In this document: piece after piece, positions 32,920 through 44,683 of the stretch
How positions within the stretch are numbered: the first letter of the stretch is position 1
How the letters are laid out: every line of letters begins with the position of its first letter
Assembly: GCA_000002445.1 (NCBI GenBank)
Contig: CM000208.1
Coordinates: forward strand, 2,240,001-2,304,000
From: Trypanosoma brucei
Lineage: Eukaryota
Length of the DNA: 64,000 nt
Reading direction: 5' to 3'
The notes under the pieces: generated by a model
What the model was told of the DNA's origin: nothing
The model's database searches: none
The model's input: the letters and a program-made list of their open reading frames with translations, nothing else
Translations under genes and position numbers: made by a program

Positions 32920-35430
32920 AGTGGTTGGATGTGAATACATGGGAAAAGGTGGGCATGCATTTTTTTTTTTCCAATGATTGGTGGTGTTCACGTTTTTTTG
33001 TTGTTTCTGTTGTTTGTTGAGGGGAACGCAAGAAGGAAGGAGTCGCCTTTACCAAAACAATAATAAAGAAAATACGGAAGAGAAACAGGAGGAGGTAGGT
33101 TTATTGAGGCAACGAGTTTATGAGATATTTTTCGCATGTGAATGAAACCTACTCCAACACATTAGGGGTCTTAAAGAAATGAAAATTAAAAAAAAAAAAG
33201 TAGAAACATATCTGACATGAACGTAACAAACATCAGTGCAGTGTGTTTGTGTTTGTGTTTCCACATGTAGTTGGGTTATGACGTGCTACCAATCGATGGG
33301 AATGACAGAGTGATGTTGAGAATTTATATAATGAGTAAGTGAATAAAGTTACTGACGGAAATATATTGAAAGTTAAGGAAAGTGTTGGACACGAAGTAAA
33401 GGTTGTGTAGAGATGAGGGAAGTAAATGAAAGAGGGAAAAAAGAAAAGAAAAGAAAAGAGAAGAGAGGTCATATCAAATCAAGTTAAATGTGAACAACAG
33501 TTGTGAGATTTAATTCGACGTTGTGATGTGTCTTTATGTTCGCATTTTCAGTGTCTTTTTTTTTACTTTTTTCTTTTTTTTCTTTACTTTTTATTTTTAA
33601 AAAAATATTTTGGTTTCCCCCTCTTTACGTTTTGTTTGTCACTCCCCTTCTGATTGTTTATTTTTGTTTTGTTGTTATAATTATTGGTCGCGTTGTTTTA
33701 AACGTGGTGGCTCTGTGGAAGTTCGTTTCACCAACAAACTCGTGGATAATAATGTTGGTGAAACAAAACAAAGGAAAGAAAAAAAAAAAGAAACCACTAA
33801 ATGTTTTGTTAAATATTTAAAGAGATGAAAAAGTGAATCGGAGAGGTATTGGAAAGAAGAAAAGGTCGCTGCGTGTATATATATATATATATATTTATAT
33901 AAGGAACACAGACCGTCTACGTTTGGAAAAGAAAAAAAAGCAGGACATGCAAGAGAGGATGAAGGATAACAAAATCAAATGAAAGGGAAATGAGCGTATG
34001 AAATTAAAGTCAAGAGGGAGAAGGAGAAAAAAAAATCAAAAAGGAGGAAATAAAGACAACAACGATAACACATAATTTTGTTTCCACTTTTTTCTTAATA
34101 TTCAAATCACTTTAAGAATTAAAAAGAAAAGCAACAAAGGAATGTATGTAGGTAGAAACAAAAAAAAAGTGGCGGGAAGGGAAGGACGGAAAATAAGTGG
34201 AAATGTGAAAACGGCATCGGAGGTTTTTTGGGGAATCTTTTTTTTTTAAAAAAAAAAGAAGAAAAAAACAAAAAATAAATTATTTAGAGAATAGTGGAGA
34301 GGGTTAAATGGGAAAGACACAAAAGGAGGGGGAGAAGAATATGATGGAGGAAGGAAGCTTGCATAAGCAGCTTAGAACCTCATTCAATTTTTTTTTCTTG
34401 TCTTCGTGTCTCTTCTTTCTTTTTGTTTCTCCCCCCCCCCCCTCCCTCCTTTCCCTTCGTTGTTGTTGTTGTAACCTTTCTTTTTTTAATCCGTTACACT
34501 TACTACGGTTATCACTTCGTACTCTTTTTTTTTTTTTACCCATTTAACACCTAACGGTGTTTCGTTAGTTTGGGTTATTTAATATTAATTTTCCTCGTTT
34601 TGTGGGCGCATGTATTGGCTCGTATATTTATCCTCGCCCACCGCACTGAAGTGGAGGAACACCGTACGATGAAAGCGAGTAGTGTATAGTACACAAATTT
34701 TTGGATTTTTGTGTGTTTTTCTTCCGTTTTGTTTTGTTTCTTATGTGTTTGTCGCTCGTGTTTACTTTGATGTAGGAGATGGTTTTATGGGAATTATGTA
34801 AGCCCCCCTTTTTCTCTTTTTTTTTTTTGTCAATACCATTGAGGCGTCTTCATCTTTTTCCCCTCCGCACTCCACATTGTCCGGTTCAAATACACTTCAT
34901 CGCCACCTTCCTTTTCCCCCTTCATCTCCTTCGTGTATTTTTTTTCCCCCCCTTTAAACATTCCCGCTACTGTTATCATAATCATCAGCATCATCACGGT
35001 CATTACTATATTATTACTATTACTATTTTTCAGCTCATCTTTCTTTTTTATTCCCTTTTGCGTATTTTAATGACCGCCACAGCTATTCCCAGCTGCTGGT
35101 TGAGGCTTCGTTTACCCGCCTTCAGTTTCGACGTTTCCGGTTTCATCAGAACAAAAGGGAGAAAAAAAAATGAGGTCATTTCGTTTATAGTGGCTGATTT
35201 ACTTCGGCGGCACGTTCATGACATCACATGTGTTCAAACATTATGTTCACTTTGGACCGCATTCTGCATGCATGGGTTCGTCTTTCTCTCTCCCTTTGTC
35301 AATTTCTTTTGTTTCTTGTATAATTATTTTGTAATTCGTTTAAATGAATTCATCACGTGACAAAACCAAACAAAACAGAAAAAGAAAAAAAGCACTGTGA
35401 AGAAGGAAAAGGAAGGTGGTGAAGGGCACA

Positions 35431-37998
35431 ATGTTAACCTCCCACCGCATTTCGTGTCTTCAGCAAATGGAGAAACAGTTACGCCGCCTGGTGCGTGGGG
35501 AGCCGATCCTTAAGGATGCGCGTAATGGTTCCCATGGCGTCTCAGTCGCTGATTCAAACTTTAAGAGAACACATATCGCTCTGAAGAATAAACTGTTGTT
35601 TCGACGTGTGCCAATAACCCTTTCCCTTCTTGAGCGAAGCCTACTTCCCATCATTCGTATGGAAAGTTCCTCATCGCGTAAAGTTACGGGAAGTAATAAC
35701 GCCCATCCTCCGAAGGAACTCGAAGTGAATGAGGAGGTTACAGTGTCAGCAAGCAGTGCAACATTAGTTGGTTATGAGACCACCCAGAAGAGCCACTTAG
35801 TCCCTCAGCAGTCGATGTCAGCTGTCGCGAAAATCCCATTGGAAGGGCGGCAACGTCACAATAAGCGATCTATCCTTACACATTCAGAGGCTATGTTTCG
35901 CCTCTTTAGTTCGCTGCACTACTTGGAAAGCGAAAGACGAAAACTCTACCTGCACCATACCGATCGCCTGAAGCTAAAATTAACGGAAGCGGAGGCGGCT
36001 GTACGTGCAGCGGGCGGGCGCCAAGGGAAAACAGGGCCTTCACGGCGGGAAGCGATCGGCGCTGTGCGTGGTGTTAATGAAGACATTTCGATTCTTAAGG
36101 ATTCCCTTCTCGCAAGGTCATACCTCTCGGCCCGCTTGTGGCGATTCCTGTTGCGTAAAGAATTGTGGACTGCAGCTATTGAAGACTCGCGCACCAGTGA
36201 GCGAAAAGAGGTCCCCACAGTGCTAATACTACTGCTATCGCTCCAGCGCATGAGTTTTGGCATCTTGCAAGATGTCACGCAGGGCCATCACCTGAACGCC
36301 TGTTCCCCGAGGTTTGTCGTGTCCCTACCGTCGCGAAGTAGAAGGTGCAACCAAGAGGAAATCCATTCGGCAGAGCATGAAACTGGAGATGAAGGGGCAA
36401 CTTCCCAATCGGTGCATGAGGAGCGGTGCGAGACCTCTGAGGCGCCAGAGGATGACTCCATGATAACACTGATGTGTGGAACTCTGCCGTTAACTGCTCC
36501 TGAATCCGTGCAGGCGAAGAAGAGAAGGGAAATTTCTGCAGGTTCAACGGGTATGAAAAAAACGTCAAGAAACTTTGTCGGTAGTTGCCGTCCGTATCCG
36601 CGGAAGTTGCGGTGGCTGCCTCCAAGGTCATGTGACGCGCTGTCCCTGGTGGTGGACTCACTCGCATTATGTAGCGCAGTACTAACGGAGTTAAACATTA
36701 AGAATATTATTATTCAGTGGGGACAAGTGGTTGAGTTGTTTGAGGTGTTGACTGTTGTTCAGTCTACAGCTTCGCTACTACTTGCAGTAGGAGGGACTGG
36801 AGACGAAGAAGAAGTGACCAAGATGCACTCTGTGTTGAGGAACTTGGAGGATGCGATGATTGCAGTGGGTGGATCTGCCAGGCAAACCATATTAATGGAA
36901 GAGTATGAAGTTTTATCCTCTCTCTCTTCTGTCTGCGCCATTCGACTGCTGCTGGCTCTGGATGGCTTGCAGCTGCTTCCCATGTGCGAGTCTTCTTCTC
37001 AACGGTTGATCATGCAGTTGCTGTCTCGCATCTTTCCACAGCTTTCCACGGGAACACAAAGTGCCCTACTTCAGAAATCGAGACAGACTTCTTTGTTTGC
37101 CTTCGCCACCAGAGGGCACAGGTTGAAACTGTTTAGCAACTGCGGAAATAAAAGTGCGGTGACTGCTGCCTTGGAATCTATTCGATCTCGCGCCCGACTT
37201 CAGCAGCGGCAAATGCAGGCAGCCCTTCGATCCAAGTACCTGGAGGAGGTGAATACGCAGAGTATTAGTGAACTCGCACGGAACGTCTCTGTTCATTCCC
37301 TCGTTGCCGCACTAAGTCTTTTTGCACGGACTGTGCAGGATGCACGGAGGCAAGTTTATGAGACCCAAGGGCGACTTCTAACTGCATCTCTTTTTCTTAT
37401 CGAAAGCATTTTGACTGCCGTTACCTTTTCCTCACCACGTGGAGGCGACGGCATTATTCACCACAAAGATCTCGCACCACTTCTCCTGGCCCTTACTCCC
37501 CTATGGTCACTTGCGTACGAACGGTGTAAATTACTGCGAGACGTCTCTAATGTGCGTCATAACAAGTGTTTACCGGGGAAAGGTGCTGGCAGTCCTCTGG
37601 CAAAGTCAGAAGTGGTTATGGTGCGGTACGCCACAGATGTGGTGTTCAACGCTGTAAATGTAGCGCTGGTGCAGCGAGTAGAACTTGTTGAGAATGATTC
37701 CCCTCCGCATAATGCAGTGGATGGAATGGAAGTTATTTCCCCCTCGAATGTAGCAGCCATCGTCACAGCGCTTGGAAGTTGGTGTGATATTTCGCCCAAT
37801 GGCAAAGGCATATCATTTGTGGCGACGACCGCAGCGCTGTTGAAGCGACTCCTGCTTTCCGATGTGAAGATGTGGCAAGAATTACGTTTATTGAGCGATC
37901 CTCGACGAGAAGCCTTCGCTCGGGCACTGACAGAAGTGATGGGAAGCGTTGGTGCAATGGATTCTTCGGTAACAGAAGTACTTGCCTCAATTGGATAG
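35431..37998 (+). CDS. large hypothetical protein (~855 aa)
   Basis: The track ORF starts at GTG 35416; the first ATG is at 35431 (MLTSHRISCLQQ...). Long ORF with no recognisable domain. Internal minus/alt-frame ORFs are shadows. Confidence 0.6.
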   Translation: MLTSHRISCLQQMEKQLRRLVRGEPILKDARNGSHGVSVADSNFKRTHIALKNKLLFRRVPITLSLLERSLLPIIRMESSSSRKVTGSNNAHPPKELEVNEEVTVSASSATLVGYETTQKSHLVPQQSMSAVAKIPLEGRQRHNKRSILTHSEAMFRLFSSLHYLESERRKLYLHHTDRLKLKLTEAEAAVRAAGGRQGKTGPSRREAIGAVRGVNEDISILKDSLLARSYLSARLWRFLLRKELWTAAIEDSRTSERKEVPTVLILLLSLQRMSFGILQDVTQGHHLNACSPRFVVSLPSRSRRCNQEEIHSAEHETGDEGATSQSVHEERCETSEAPEDDSMITLMCGTLPLTAPESVQAKKRREISAGSTGMKKTSRNFVGSCRPYPRKLRWLPPRSCDALSLVVDSLALCSAVLTELNIKNIIIQWGQVVELFEVLTVVQSTASLLLAVGGTGDEEEVTKMHSVLRNLEDAMIAVGGSARQTILMEEYEVLSSLSSVCAIRLLLALDGLQLLPMCESSSQRLIMQLLSRIFPQLSTGTQSALLQKSRQTSLFAFATRGHRLKLFSNCGNKSAVTAALESIRSRARLQQRQMQAALRSKYLEEVNTQSISELARNVSVHSLVAALSLFARTVQDARRQVYETQGRLLTASLFLIESILTAVTFSSPRGGDGIIHHKDLAPLLLALTPLWSLAYERCKLLRDVSNVRHNKCLPGKGAGSPLAKSEVVMVRYATDVVFNAVNVALVQRVELVENDSPPHNAVDGMEVISPSNVAAIVTALGSWCDISPNGKGISFVATTAALLKRLLLSDVKMWQELRLLSDPRREAFARALTEVMGSVGAMDSSVTEVLASIG

Positions 37999-38472
37999 GG
38001 AAGTTAGCGGTGGGAGATATTACATTTGTTTGTTTGTTTGTTTTGTTTTCAATTTGTTAACTGATGTTGGGGGGACGTCACCACTTGGAATTTTTATATT
38101 TTTGGTAGACGTTGGTTCCTCGTCAGTGTGCACTATCGTATGGAGCAAACTGGAGGAGGGAAGAGACCTCATATCCCTCCTTTTTTTTTTCGCATCGTTA
38201 CGCGGTGACCACGGATGTCTTGTTTTTATTTTCCTTTAAGATCTGCTTTGCTCCTACCGCCTCCTGGAACATCACTCTCCGCTGTCGCTTCATCAGGGGT
38301 CATCTGAAAAGCATTGAAGCTTGTAACAGCGGCAGCAAATTCAAAGAGCTAACACATCAAAACGAAATCGAAGGGTGTGGACAAAGCAGAAAAAGAAAAA
38401 AAGATAGGACAGAAGTGAGGAAAAAGTTTGGGAAACGTAACTGTTTTTTTTCTTTACTCTGTCGCGAAGAGA

Positions 38473-40035
38473 ATGGCCAAAAGTTTCCTCAAGTGGACTG
38501 GAGGCCTTGTAATCGCCGGTGGCGTTTACGCCAAAATAAAATACAAGTCCGCTTACGAAGCTGTGCATCTTGATGAGGCGGCAACGGTGCGAGCGTTTTC
38601 TACCTTCTCTATTGACAACCGCAGGGAGTTTTACGACGTTGCCGTTGTTGGTGGTGGCATCGTCGGGGTGGCGACGGCGCGTGAAATAAAGCAGAGATTC
38701 CCCAGTAAACGAGTTATAATGCTTGAGAAAGAGGCAGATGTCGCTTTGCATCAATCAAGTCACAACAGTGGTGTGGTGCATGCGGGTATGTACTACAAGC
38801 AAAATTCACTCATGGCACGCCTTTGCCCGCGGGGACACGATTTAATAATGGAGTACTGCCGGAAGAATAAGTTGCCTCTCGATCGAGTAGGGAAGCTTAT
38901 AGTTGCTGTAAAGGAGACCGAAATACCTGCAGTTGAGAATCTCTACAAGCAAGGGGTCGAAAATGGTGTGCGGGATCTCAAGATGCTGAGGGGTGAGGAG
39001 GAAATAAAGCGCGTTGAACCTAATGTTCGAGGCTTGTGCGCTCTTTACTCCCCAGATACCGCCATCACCGATTTCAGTGCGGTAGCACGCCACATGTTGA
39101 AGGAATTGTTAGCTGACCGCCAACGCGGCTTCGTGGCTCAGTTCTGCTACGAGGCACTCGACTTCGTTGGTGTGTCAATCCAAAGCAGTGAAGGAAGCAA
39201 AGTAACTACTCCACAAGAAATGGTTCTTATTCGTGGACGAGAGGGTGGCCAACTCGGTCCCGAGAAAACCGTCATGGCCAAGAATGTTGTGATGTGTTGC
39301 GGTCTCTCCAATGACTTGCTTGCCCAGCGTTCTGGAACCCCACTAAGTCACATCGGCAGAAAAGTGAAGCAAACTTTTAGCTTTCGGGGGCGTTACTACC
39401 AACTGCGACCAGAGGCCCGCAAACTTGTTTCCATGAATGTGTACCCTGCACCTGAAGAATGGAAAGGAATCAGTGTGGGGGTGCATTTTACTCCAACGGT
39501 CGATGAGCGCCGTGGTCGACAGGTGATCATAGGCCCTGGATCATCGGTAGCCACGCATCGCTACGGATATTCACCGTATTGCTTCGACGCCGACTATTGT
39601 TTTAAATCGTTCTTCAGCAAAGGTGGATGGGTAAGCCTTGTCTCCAACATTGGCACAGTTTTTCGAATGTTTGTGCTGGACACAAACCGACAGGCCTTCC
39701 TACGTGAGGCGCAGAAACTTATACCCTCGCTGCAGGATAGCGATATGGAGGAAAGTTTCTGCGGAGTAATGGGTGTTGCCGTTACACCAGACGGCAAAAT
39801 GGAAAATGACCTCGCCATGGAATTTTCCCGTCCCCGTGTTGTGGTTCCTGCCGTTCTAAAACCTGGAAAAGTGGTGGAGTTGGTTCCCAAGTCTGACGTT
39901 GCAAGTGACGGATCTGCGGTGAATGACAGGCCCCTCATGCTCAACGTCCGGAATGCACCAAGTCCCGCCGCTACGGCTTCTATGGCAATAGCGGAGGCCA
40001 TTGTTGATGCATCTGCTGAACAATTCCGCTGGTAG
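38473..40035 (+). CDS. L2HGDH: FAD-dependent oxidoreductase, L-2-hydroxyglutarate dehydrogenase-like (mitochondrial)
   Basis: The track start is TTG 38428; the first ATG is at 38473 (MAKSFLKWTGG, a likely N-terminal membrane/targeting segment). Rossmann dinucleotide motif DVAVVGGGIVGVATAREI plus VIMLEKEADVALHQSSHNSGVVHAGMYYK, as in LhgO/L2HGDH. Full-length for the family (~520 aa). Confidence 0.8.
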   Translation: MAKSFLKWTGGLVIAGGVYAKIKYKSAYEAVHLDEAATVRAFSTFSIDNRREFYDVAVVGGGIVGVATAREIKQRFPSKRVIMLEKEADVALHQSSHNSGVVHAGMYYKQNSLMARLCPRGHDLIMEYCRKNKLPLDRVGKLIVAVKETEIPAVENLYKQGVENGVRDLKMLRGEEEIKRVEPNVRGLCALYSPDTAITDFSAVARHMLKELLADRQRGFVAQFCYEALDFVGVSIQSSEGSKVTTPQEMVLIRGREGGQLGPEKTVMAKNVVMCCGLSNDLLAQRSGTPLSHIGRKVKQTFSFRGRYYQLRPEARKLVSMNVYPAPEEWKGISVGVHFTPTVDERRGRQVIIGPGSSVATHRYGYSPYCFDADYCFKSFFSKGGWVSLVSNIGTVFRMFVLDTNRQAFLREAQKLIPSLQDSDMEESFCGVMGVAVTPDGKMENDLAMEFSRPRVVVPAVLKPGKVVELVPKSDVASDGSAVNDRPLMLNVRNAPSPAATASMAIAEAIVDASAEQFRW

Positions 40036-40085
40036 GGTGAAATTTTCGATCAATTTTGGAGGGGGGGATTCGCTTTACTCAAACC

Positions 40086-40088
<3 letters not shown>

Positions 40089-40116
<28 letters not shown>
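40089..40116. repeat. (GT)14 dinucleotide microsatellite
   Basis: gtgtgtgtgtgtgtgtgtgtgtgtgtgt directly downstream of the L2HGDH-like stop. A second TG/TC-rich tract lies at ~40628-40664. Confidence 0.9.
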
Positions 40117-41030
40117 CTGATAATGTCGATTCAAAACGGGTTAGTACATGTGCAAATACGATGACAAGACAATCACAGTTGAGTTCGTCCGGTTTTGCAC
40201 AAGAGGAAGAAATTTAGTCCGTTCTCGTTATACTTTCTTTCAATGCCATATTCCGTATCCACCTTCGTTTGTTGGCTTATTGTTCTGCGTAGTGCAAGTG
40301 CGAAATGTTAACGGGAACACGACGGGCGTTCTGACTTGTGAGCGTTGTATGTTGCATATGTGGTAGGAAGGGTTTGCTTTCGATCATCATATCATCTTTA
40401 AAAAAAAAAAACGAAGAGGTACGAGTCAACTAGTAACGCGCAATTTATCTTTTTTTTTACTTGTTGTAGTTTTTTCCCCTACGTGTCCATTGTAGTGACG
40501 CGAAGATCCCCACTTCCCGCATGTATCTTTTTTTTATTCCTTTTGAACAGTGCCATCTCGGGAGACGAATCGTCTGTGCATAATGTTTTTATGCTGACTT
40601 ACTTCAAGAAAGTTAGTTGAGGGACTCTGTGTCTGTGTCTGTGTGTGTGTGTGTTGTGTGTGTTGCTATCTTGATGTACCAACTACTTCCCTGAAGTAAG
40701 TTCCTATCCCTCTCACTTCTGCTCCCGAGAAATTGGATTGAATGGTTTTTCTGTGGGGGATTGTCCGGTAATCATGCGCTTGCGCCAAGGCGGATGTTAC
40801 TGGTACATTACATTCTTCTATGCATATTTTTCTTGTTATTTTTTTTTAAATTTGTGATCGGTCCCCCGAAATTCCCTTGGGAATGCCTCACATTTTACTA
40901 TATACGCATATTTATGTAATTGTTTCTCTTACGTTCTTGCTGCTAACATGTTTTTCCATTTAATTTTTTTCCTTTCCTTTTGTTTTTATTTTATCGAAAG
41001 CCCCTCCCCTACTCCCGCTCCCCCGTCGGG

Positions 41031-42065
41031 ATGTCGCGCTTTCCTCACTCCAATGTTGGGTTGGTGATTGGACTGGTGAGTCTCTTGCTGCAATTGCATC
41101 GGGTGATGGTCATCACTGAGGCCGCGGCGATTAATTCCTTCACAGTCATTTTGGTTAATGACCGCAATTCGGCGGCCCTACGTGAAGCACCTACCGGAAC
41201 AACTATGCAAATACCCCCATATGTTGTACGCCTTTCAGCTGATTGGACAGTCATTGAAAACCCTCAGTGGAATGAAGTGTCATCAGAGGAGAATGACTCG
41301 GAAGGGAGGTTATTGCATTGCCGTCTGCCGCTGCCACAGGATGAGAACACAGTGCAGACGCAAGTGAAACATTACATACAACTTCAAGAGCACCGCACCG
41401 CCGTGAGAATTTGGCATTGGCTGGAAGGTATGATGAATCGAGATGGTTGTATCTTTGGTGACGGCGAAGGACCCATAACGGGGGTATCCGAGTGGTACCT
41501 ATTCTGTGTGAGGGGCGCAGTTCGAAAGGTGAATAAAACTACGGTAGCTGTTCTTTACGGAAATCGAACTTCCCAAAAGTTGCAGCAAACTGTCAGAAGG
41601 TTGGTTCACCGGGCACGGTGGAGCAGTCAAGGAAGTGAAAGATCTAAAAGTTTTAAACGCTGGACTTCCCGCATAGGCGAGTACAAGGCTAATGTAACGT
41701 GGCCCCGGTGGAATGTGGAGCGACAGTTGTGGGAGTTAATTTACCCTACGAGACGAGAGTGCCGTGCTTGGGAAGCAGATGCCGCTGCATTCGGTGAATC
41801 CCCGGAGAGGTACATCCGAAATGAAAGCCACCGGTGGAGCGACAGTCGGTCTTTTACATTACCGAGGAATAAGGAGGTGTGGGAGACTGTTGTGCGCTTA
41901 TACTGCCAGCAAAACCAGGGTGACAGGCACGTGTTGGATTGGAGTATAACGGAGGTACTCCAAACGTGTACGCACGAGGTGTTATTGCGGTCGCCAGCAG
42001 TATGCGAATGGAGCCAGGTCCTGCAAAACTTTCATGTTAATCCCATTCCCTGTATTCCAATTTAG
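41031..42065 (+). CDS. hypothetical protein with N-terminal signal peptide/TM, Cys-containing luminal domain
   Basis: The track start is TTG 40980; the first ATG is at 41031 (MSRFPHSNVGLVIGLVSLLLQLHRVMVITEAAA). N-glycosylation sequons and spaced Cys residues. There is a weak, unconfirmed resemblance of the C-terminus (…VLQTCTHEVLLRSPAVCEW) to MRH-type domains. Confidence 0.5.
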   Translation: MSRFPHSNVGLVIGLVSLLLQLHRVMVITEAAAINSFTVILVNDRNSAALREAPTGTTMQIPPYVVRLSADWTVIENPQWNEVSSEENDSEGRLLHCRLPLPQDENTVQTQVKHYIQLQEHRTAVRIWHWLEGMMNRDGCIFGDGEGPITGVSEWYLFCVRGAVRKVNKTTVAVLYGNRTSQKLQQTVRRLVHRARWSSQGSERSKSFKRWTSRIGEYKANVTWPRWNVERQLWELIYPTRRECRAWEADAAAFGESPERYIRNESHRWSDSRSFTLPRNKEVWETVVRLYCQQNQGDRHVLDWSITEVLQTCTHEVLLRSPAVCEWSQVLQNFHVNPIPCIPI

Positions 42066-42545
42066 TGGGGCCTTGAAGGGTGGCGCATCCGGCAATTGTC
42101 ACTGATCGTATGTACTAACATCGAGGTTGGTGGTGGTTGGTCGTTGTTAAGTGCTTGTTTTTGTATACGTATATATACATATATTTGTGTGTTAGTGCGT
42201 CTACGCGCATGCTGATGGACCTGCTGCTGAGTTTGCAAGCTGTGATCACCGTTTTGTGGGTTCGTGCCCATTCCCCTTCGTGGCTTTGTGCGCTTCGTTT
42301 TACAACGCTTTTGGAAGGTGAAATGGTGAGAGGGTCCGTGCATTTTCCCCACCCCTTTTCATGCACATTTAATTCCAGGCCACTGGCCGCATCACATATT
42401 CCGCATCCTCTACTCTCATGACAACCAGTTCCGTGCCCTATTTTCTTTTATACGGAAGATAAGGTTGCTTTTGCATCCCATCTCATAGGTGGGTAGCCGC
42501 TGTATATTTTTCTCTCGGCCGTGCTAGGCTGGTAAGGTACACAGT

Positions 42546-44189
42546 ATGCCAGTGGATGCGCCCTTACAGAAGTTTAGACCTCGTTGCGCCCAACGCTTGG
42601 CTGAAATTCTTAAGCCTGACGCCCTCGACGAAGAGACACGACGGCAAATATTACGCAACGTGTGCGCGGATGCGGCAGTGACTACAAATGACGGCGGTTG
42701 TAGCGTGGTGTCAGAGGAAGTAAAGCTTGGCGGAAGCTCCGGTACTGGAGGGAACTTCTCGACCATGCTGCGTGATCGTGTTGCAACCGCAAATAGTGAA
42801 CTCGTCACCGCAATGACAAAGCGGTTAAAGATGTTGGAGGCACAGCAACAAGCCTACCGCCTGGAACTTAAGGAAAAGACAGAAAAACTCAACCGCATGC
42901 AGACGGAGTGTGAAGCAGAAAAATCAAGGCGCGAGGAAGCGGAAACGCTTGTGGTAGAGTTGTTCAGCGATAAAGAGGAATTGGAGAAACAAATAATGGA
43001 AATGAAGGAATTCCTTGCTGATTATGGTCTTCAGTGGGTGGGTAATGCTGAGGGTGAAAGCGGTGGCGGATCATCCAGAACACCTAAGGAACGCGCCAAA
43101 AAATCACCTGCTACTCTTGCAGCAGAGACCTCGCCAATCCCCAATAGGGAAATGAAGCGGTTCGATCTGTACGCTGGAGATTACACCAGCGAGGCCCCGT
43201 CCCCAAGGCCTGAAAGTTCCTCACTGGCAGCCGCTGAGTCCCGCAGTACAAATATGTCTCCGGCGAGAGGGGAGTGTTCCCTCCCCGTTTCTATGGAAAT
43301 TCTACAGAAAAATGCTCGAATACTGTCAGATCATGTTGGTTTCAAGGAGGTTGCCACCAACGGGAAACGAGGCGCTATAAAGGATCGCGATGTTGTGCAG
43401 ATTGTTGTGTATAAAGATGGGATTTGCGTCAACAGTGGGCCCTTTAGGCCTTTTGGCTGGCCGCTTTGTGATGCCGTGTTGAACGATATCGCCGAAGGCT
43501 ATTATCCATACGAATTCAAGCAGCGCTATCCTGACGGGTTTCCCATTGAGATAGTTGATCAAACTTCGGTATGTTGCACTGCAGTAGGCACTCGACCGAA
43601 AAACGACAAGGTGCAAGGCACCGAACGTATGCGGGAAGGTGGCTACCAACCGGTGTCACGTGAGGAATTTCTAAAAAGACTACCGACCACACGAATTACT
43701 GCGGGAGGTCGGATTGTTGATGTACAGGGAGAGATAGCGAAAATAATTGGATGTGACAAGGGAGGCCCAAGCGGTAGCGCGGAACCTGATGATGCTTCGC
43801 TTATGAGGCATGTAACCGCATCGGAACAAAAGAAAAGGGGGAACGTAAGCAAAAGTGATGGGGAGTGTGGTGCACCAGTTGCTACTGGTACGGAGACCCC
43901 CAACAATCGTTGCAATAATACGCGGTTGCAGCTTATTGAAGGATTAGTAGCCGTGCAACTGCGGTTTCCATGTGGAAAGAGGTTAGTCTTGAATCTCTCA
44001 CCAGAGGACACCATTGGGGACTTGCGACGCGAGGTGCGATTAGCCATGCCCTCATTCACAACCGAATATAAAATTTGTCTTCCCTTTCCAGCTAAGACGC
44101 TGGGTGATGACAGCAAGACGCTGGCTGAATTGGGTCTTTTGGGAACATGCACCCTCATGATACAGCCACCAAGGGAAACAAAGTCATAG
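42546..44189 (+). CDS. SEP + UBX domain protein (p47/Shp1-like p97/VCP cofactor) with N-terminal coiled coil
   Basis: 547 aa. SEP-like segment (DVVQIVVYKDGICVNSGPFRPFGWPLCDAVLNDIAEGYYPYEF). C-terminal UBX with an FP loop (LQLIEGLVAVQLRFPCGKRLVLNLSPEDTIGDLRREV...KICLPFPAKTL...LGLLGTCTLMIQP). N-terminal Glu/Lys-rich coiled coil (residues ~85-150). Confidence 0.75.
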   Translation: MPVDAPLQKFRPRCAQRLAEILKPDALDEETRRQILRNVCADAAVTTNDGGCSVVSEEVKLGGSSGTGGNFSTMLRDRVATANSELVTAMTKRLKMLEAQQQAYRLELKEKTEKLNRMQTECEAEKSRREEAETLVVELFSDKEELEKQIMEMKEFLADYGLQWVGNAEGESGGGSSRTPKERAKKSPATLAAETSPIPNREMKRFDLYAGDYTSEAPSPRPESSSLAAAESRSTNMSPARGECSLPVSMEILQKNARILSDHVGFKEVATNGKRGAIKDRDVVQIVVYKDGICVNSGPFRPFGWPLCDAVLNDIAEGYYPYEFKQRYPDGFPIEIVDQTSVCCTAVGTRPKNDKVQGTERMREGGYQPVSREEFLKRLPTTRITAGGRIVDVQGEIAKIIGCDKGGPSGSAEPDDASLMRHVTASEQKKRGNVSKSDGECGAPVATGTETPNNRCNNTRLQLIEGLVAVQLRFPCGKRLVLNLSPEDTIGDLRREVRLAMPSFTTEYKICLPFPAKTLGDDSKTLAELGLLGTCTLMIQPPRETKS

Positions 44190-44683
44190 AGTTCACCTTA
44201 CGTGCAAGGATTCGTGGATCCCTGGTTTGGCTGCTAGAAATTGGTTGGCGTTGCTTCATCGGTGGTAACTTCCACACACACACACCCACCTCTTTCTTCC
44301 TCCCTCTGGTTGTATTACGTTGGTAAAGTGATTGGTTGGCGTTGCGTTGCGTATGCGTTGGGAGGCTTTCTTTTTTCTTCCTCCCTCCCACCACCTTCAA
44401 AAGAAAAAGAGGTTTCACCTGCACTCAAGCATACTTGTATCTACCTACATGTGAAGAAAGTCAACACTCCAATGGGTGGCGCTGGGGCCTGTCAGCATCG
44501 TATGCCATCATGTAAGTCACTGCTCTCTTCCCTTCGTTTTTAATATTAAATGTTTTCTAATTCATCTTCTTCTTCTACTTTGGGGCGTCTGTTGTATCAT
44601 TGAGCGCACGTGGCTGTTCCTCATTTCCGTGGTCCTGTTTGTGTGACTTGTTACAATCACGGAAAGTTACGGGTGGAGCATCT

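Noticed and set aside
41031-42065. Possible MRH (mannose-6-phosphate receptor homology) domain in the secretory hypothetical protein
   Set aside because: Only a loose C-terminal Cys-spacing resemblance and no convincing conserved motif block. Left as a hypothetical protein.
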